64,000 nt of DNA. It comes from Pristiophorus japonicus. Taxonomy: Eukaryota. The DNA is taken from contig NC_091979.1 in assembly GCF_044704955.1 (NCBI RefSeq), positions 271,250,001 to 271,314,000 of the forward strand. The letters run 5' to 3'. This document shows, in pieces, positions 63,751 through 64,000 of the stretch. Position 1 is the stretch's first letter. The number at the start of each line of letters is the position of its first letter. The notes below the pieces were generated by a model, which was given only the letters and a program-made list of their open reading frames with translations, was not told the origin of the DNA and made no database searches. The position numbers were made by a program, and so were the translations under genes.

Positions 63751-64000
63751 TGAAGTAACCAAGAACCAAACACTTTTTAAAAAAAAAAGTCTAATTTTTA
63801 AAAACAAATTTATACATTTGTTCGGGAAAATGTTTCGAGGTCTGTGTACAGTTACTATTTGATTATTGGGCCAGTACCTACATGCTCGATTACGAACCAT
63901 TGCTTCTAATATCTGTGATGTTACCAGTTTTACATTTTGTGGATGTGTCAAAGCATAGACTGTTTTTAAAATCACGTAGTTTAAAGAACAAATAAGTTGC

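Overview
Vertebrate genomic DNA, most likely a shark or other elasmobranch, judged from its CR1/L2/RTE/Tx1/Penelope repeats and SacSINE1-like DeuSINEs. The left ~33 kb is densely packed with nested transposons: CR1, L2, RTE and Tx1 LINE fragments, SINEs, TIR-bounded MITEs and a decayed two-gene PIF/Harbinger DNA transposon. At about 33 kb the sequence abruptly becomes nearly transposon-free for ~28 kb. This block holds the tandem NKL homeobox genes HMX3 (43899-44897, 2 coding exons, 297 aa) and HMX2 (54638-56596, 2 coding exons, 267 aa), several enhancer-like blocks and a 131-N assembly gap. A CpG-island promoter with E-box, CRE, E2F, CCAAT and CHR motifs follows at ~59.8-60.5 kb; synteny suggests it is the 5' end of BUB3, but no coding exon is visible. 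I found no prokaryotic-type system. The most interesting leads are: matched out-of-frame uATGs before both HMX starts; tandem splice donors in HMX2 predicting a homeodomain-less isoform; an apparently shifted HMX3 acceptor; the Harbinger relic with a possible MITE family; a structured non-autonomous RTE; and a shared Tx1 3' terminal motif. Repeat boundaries and family names were read by eye and are approximate.
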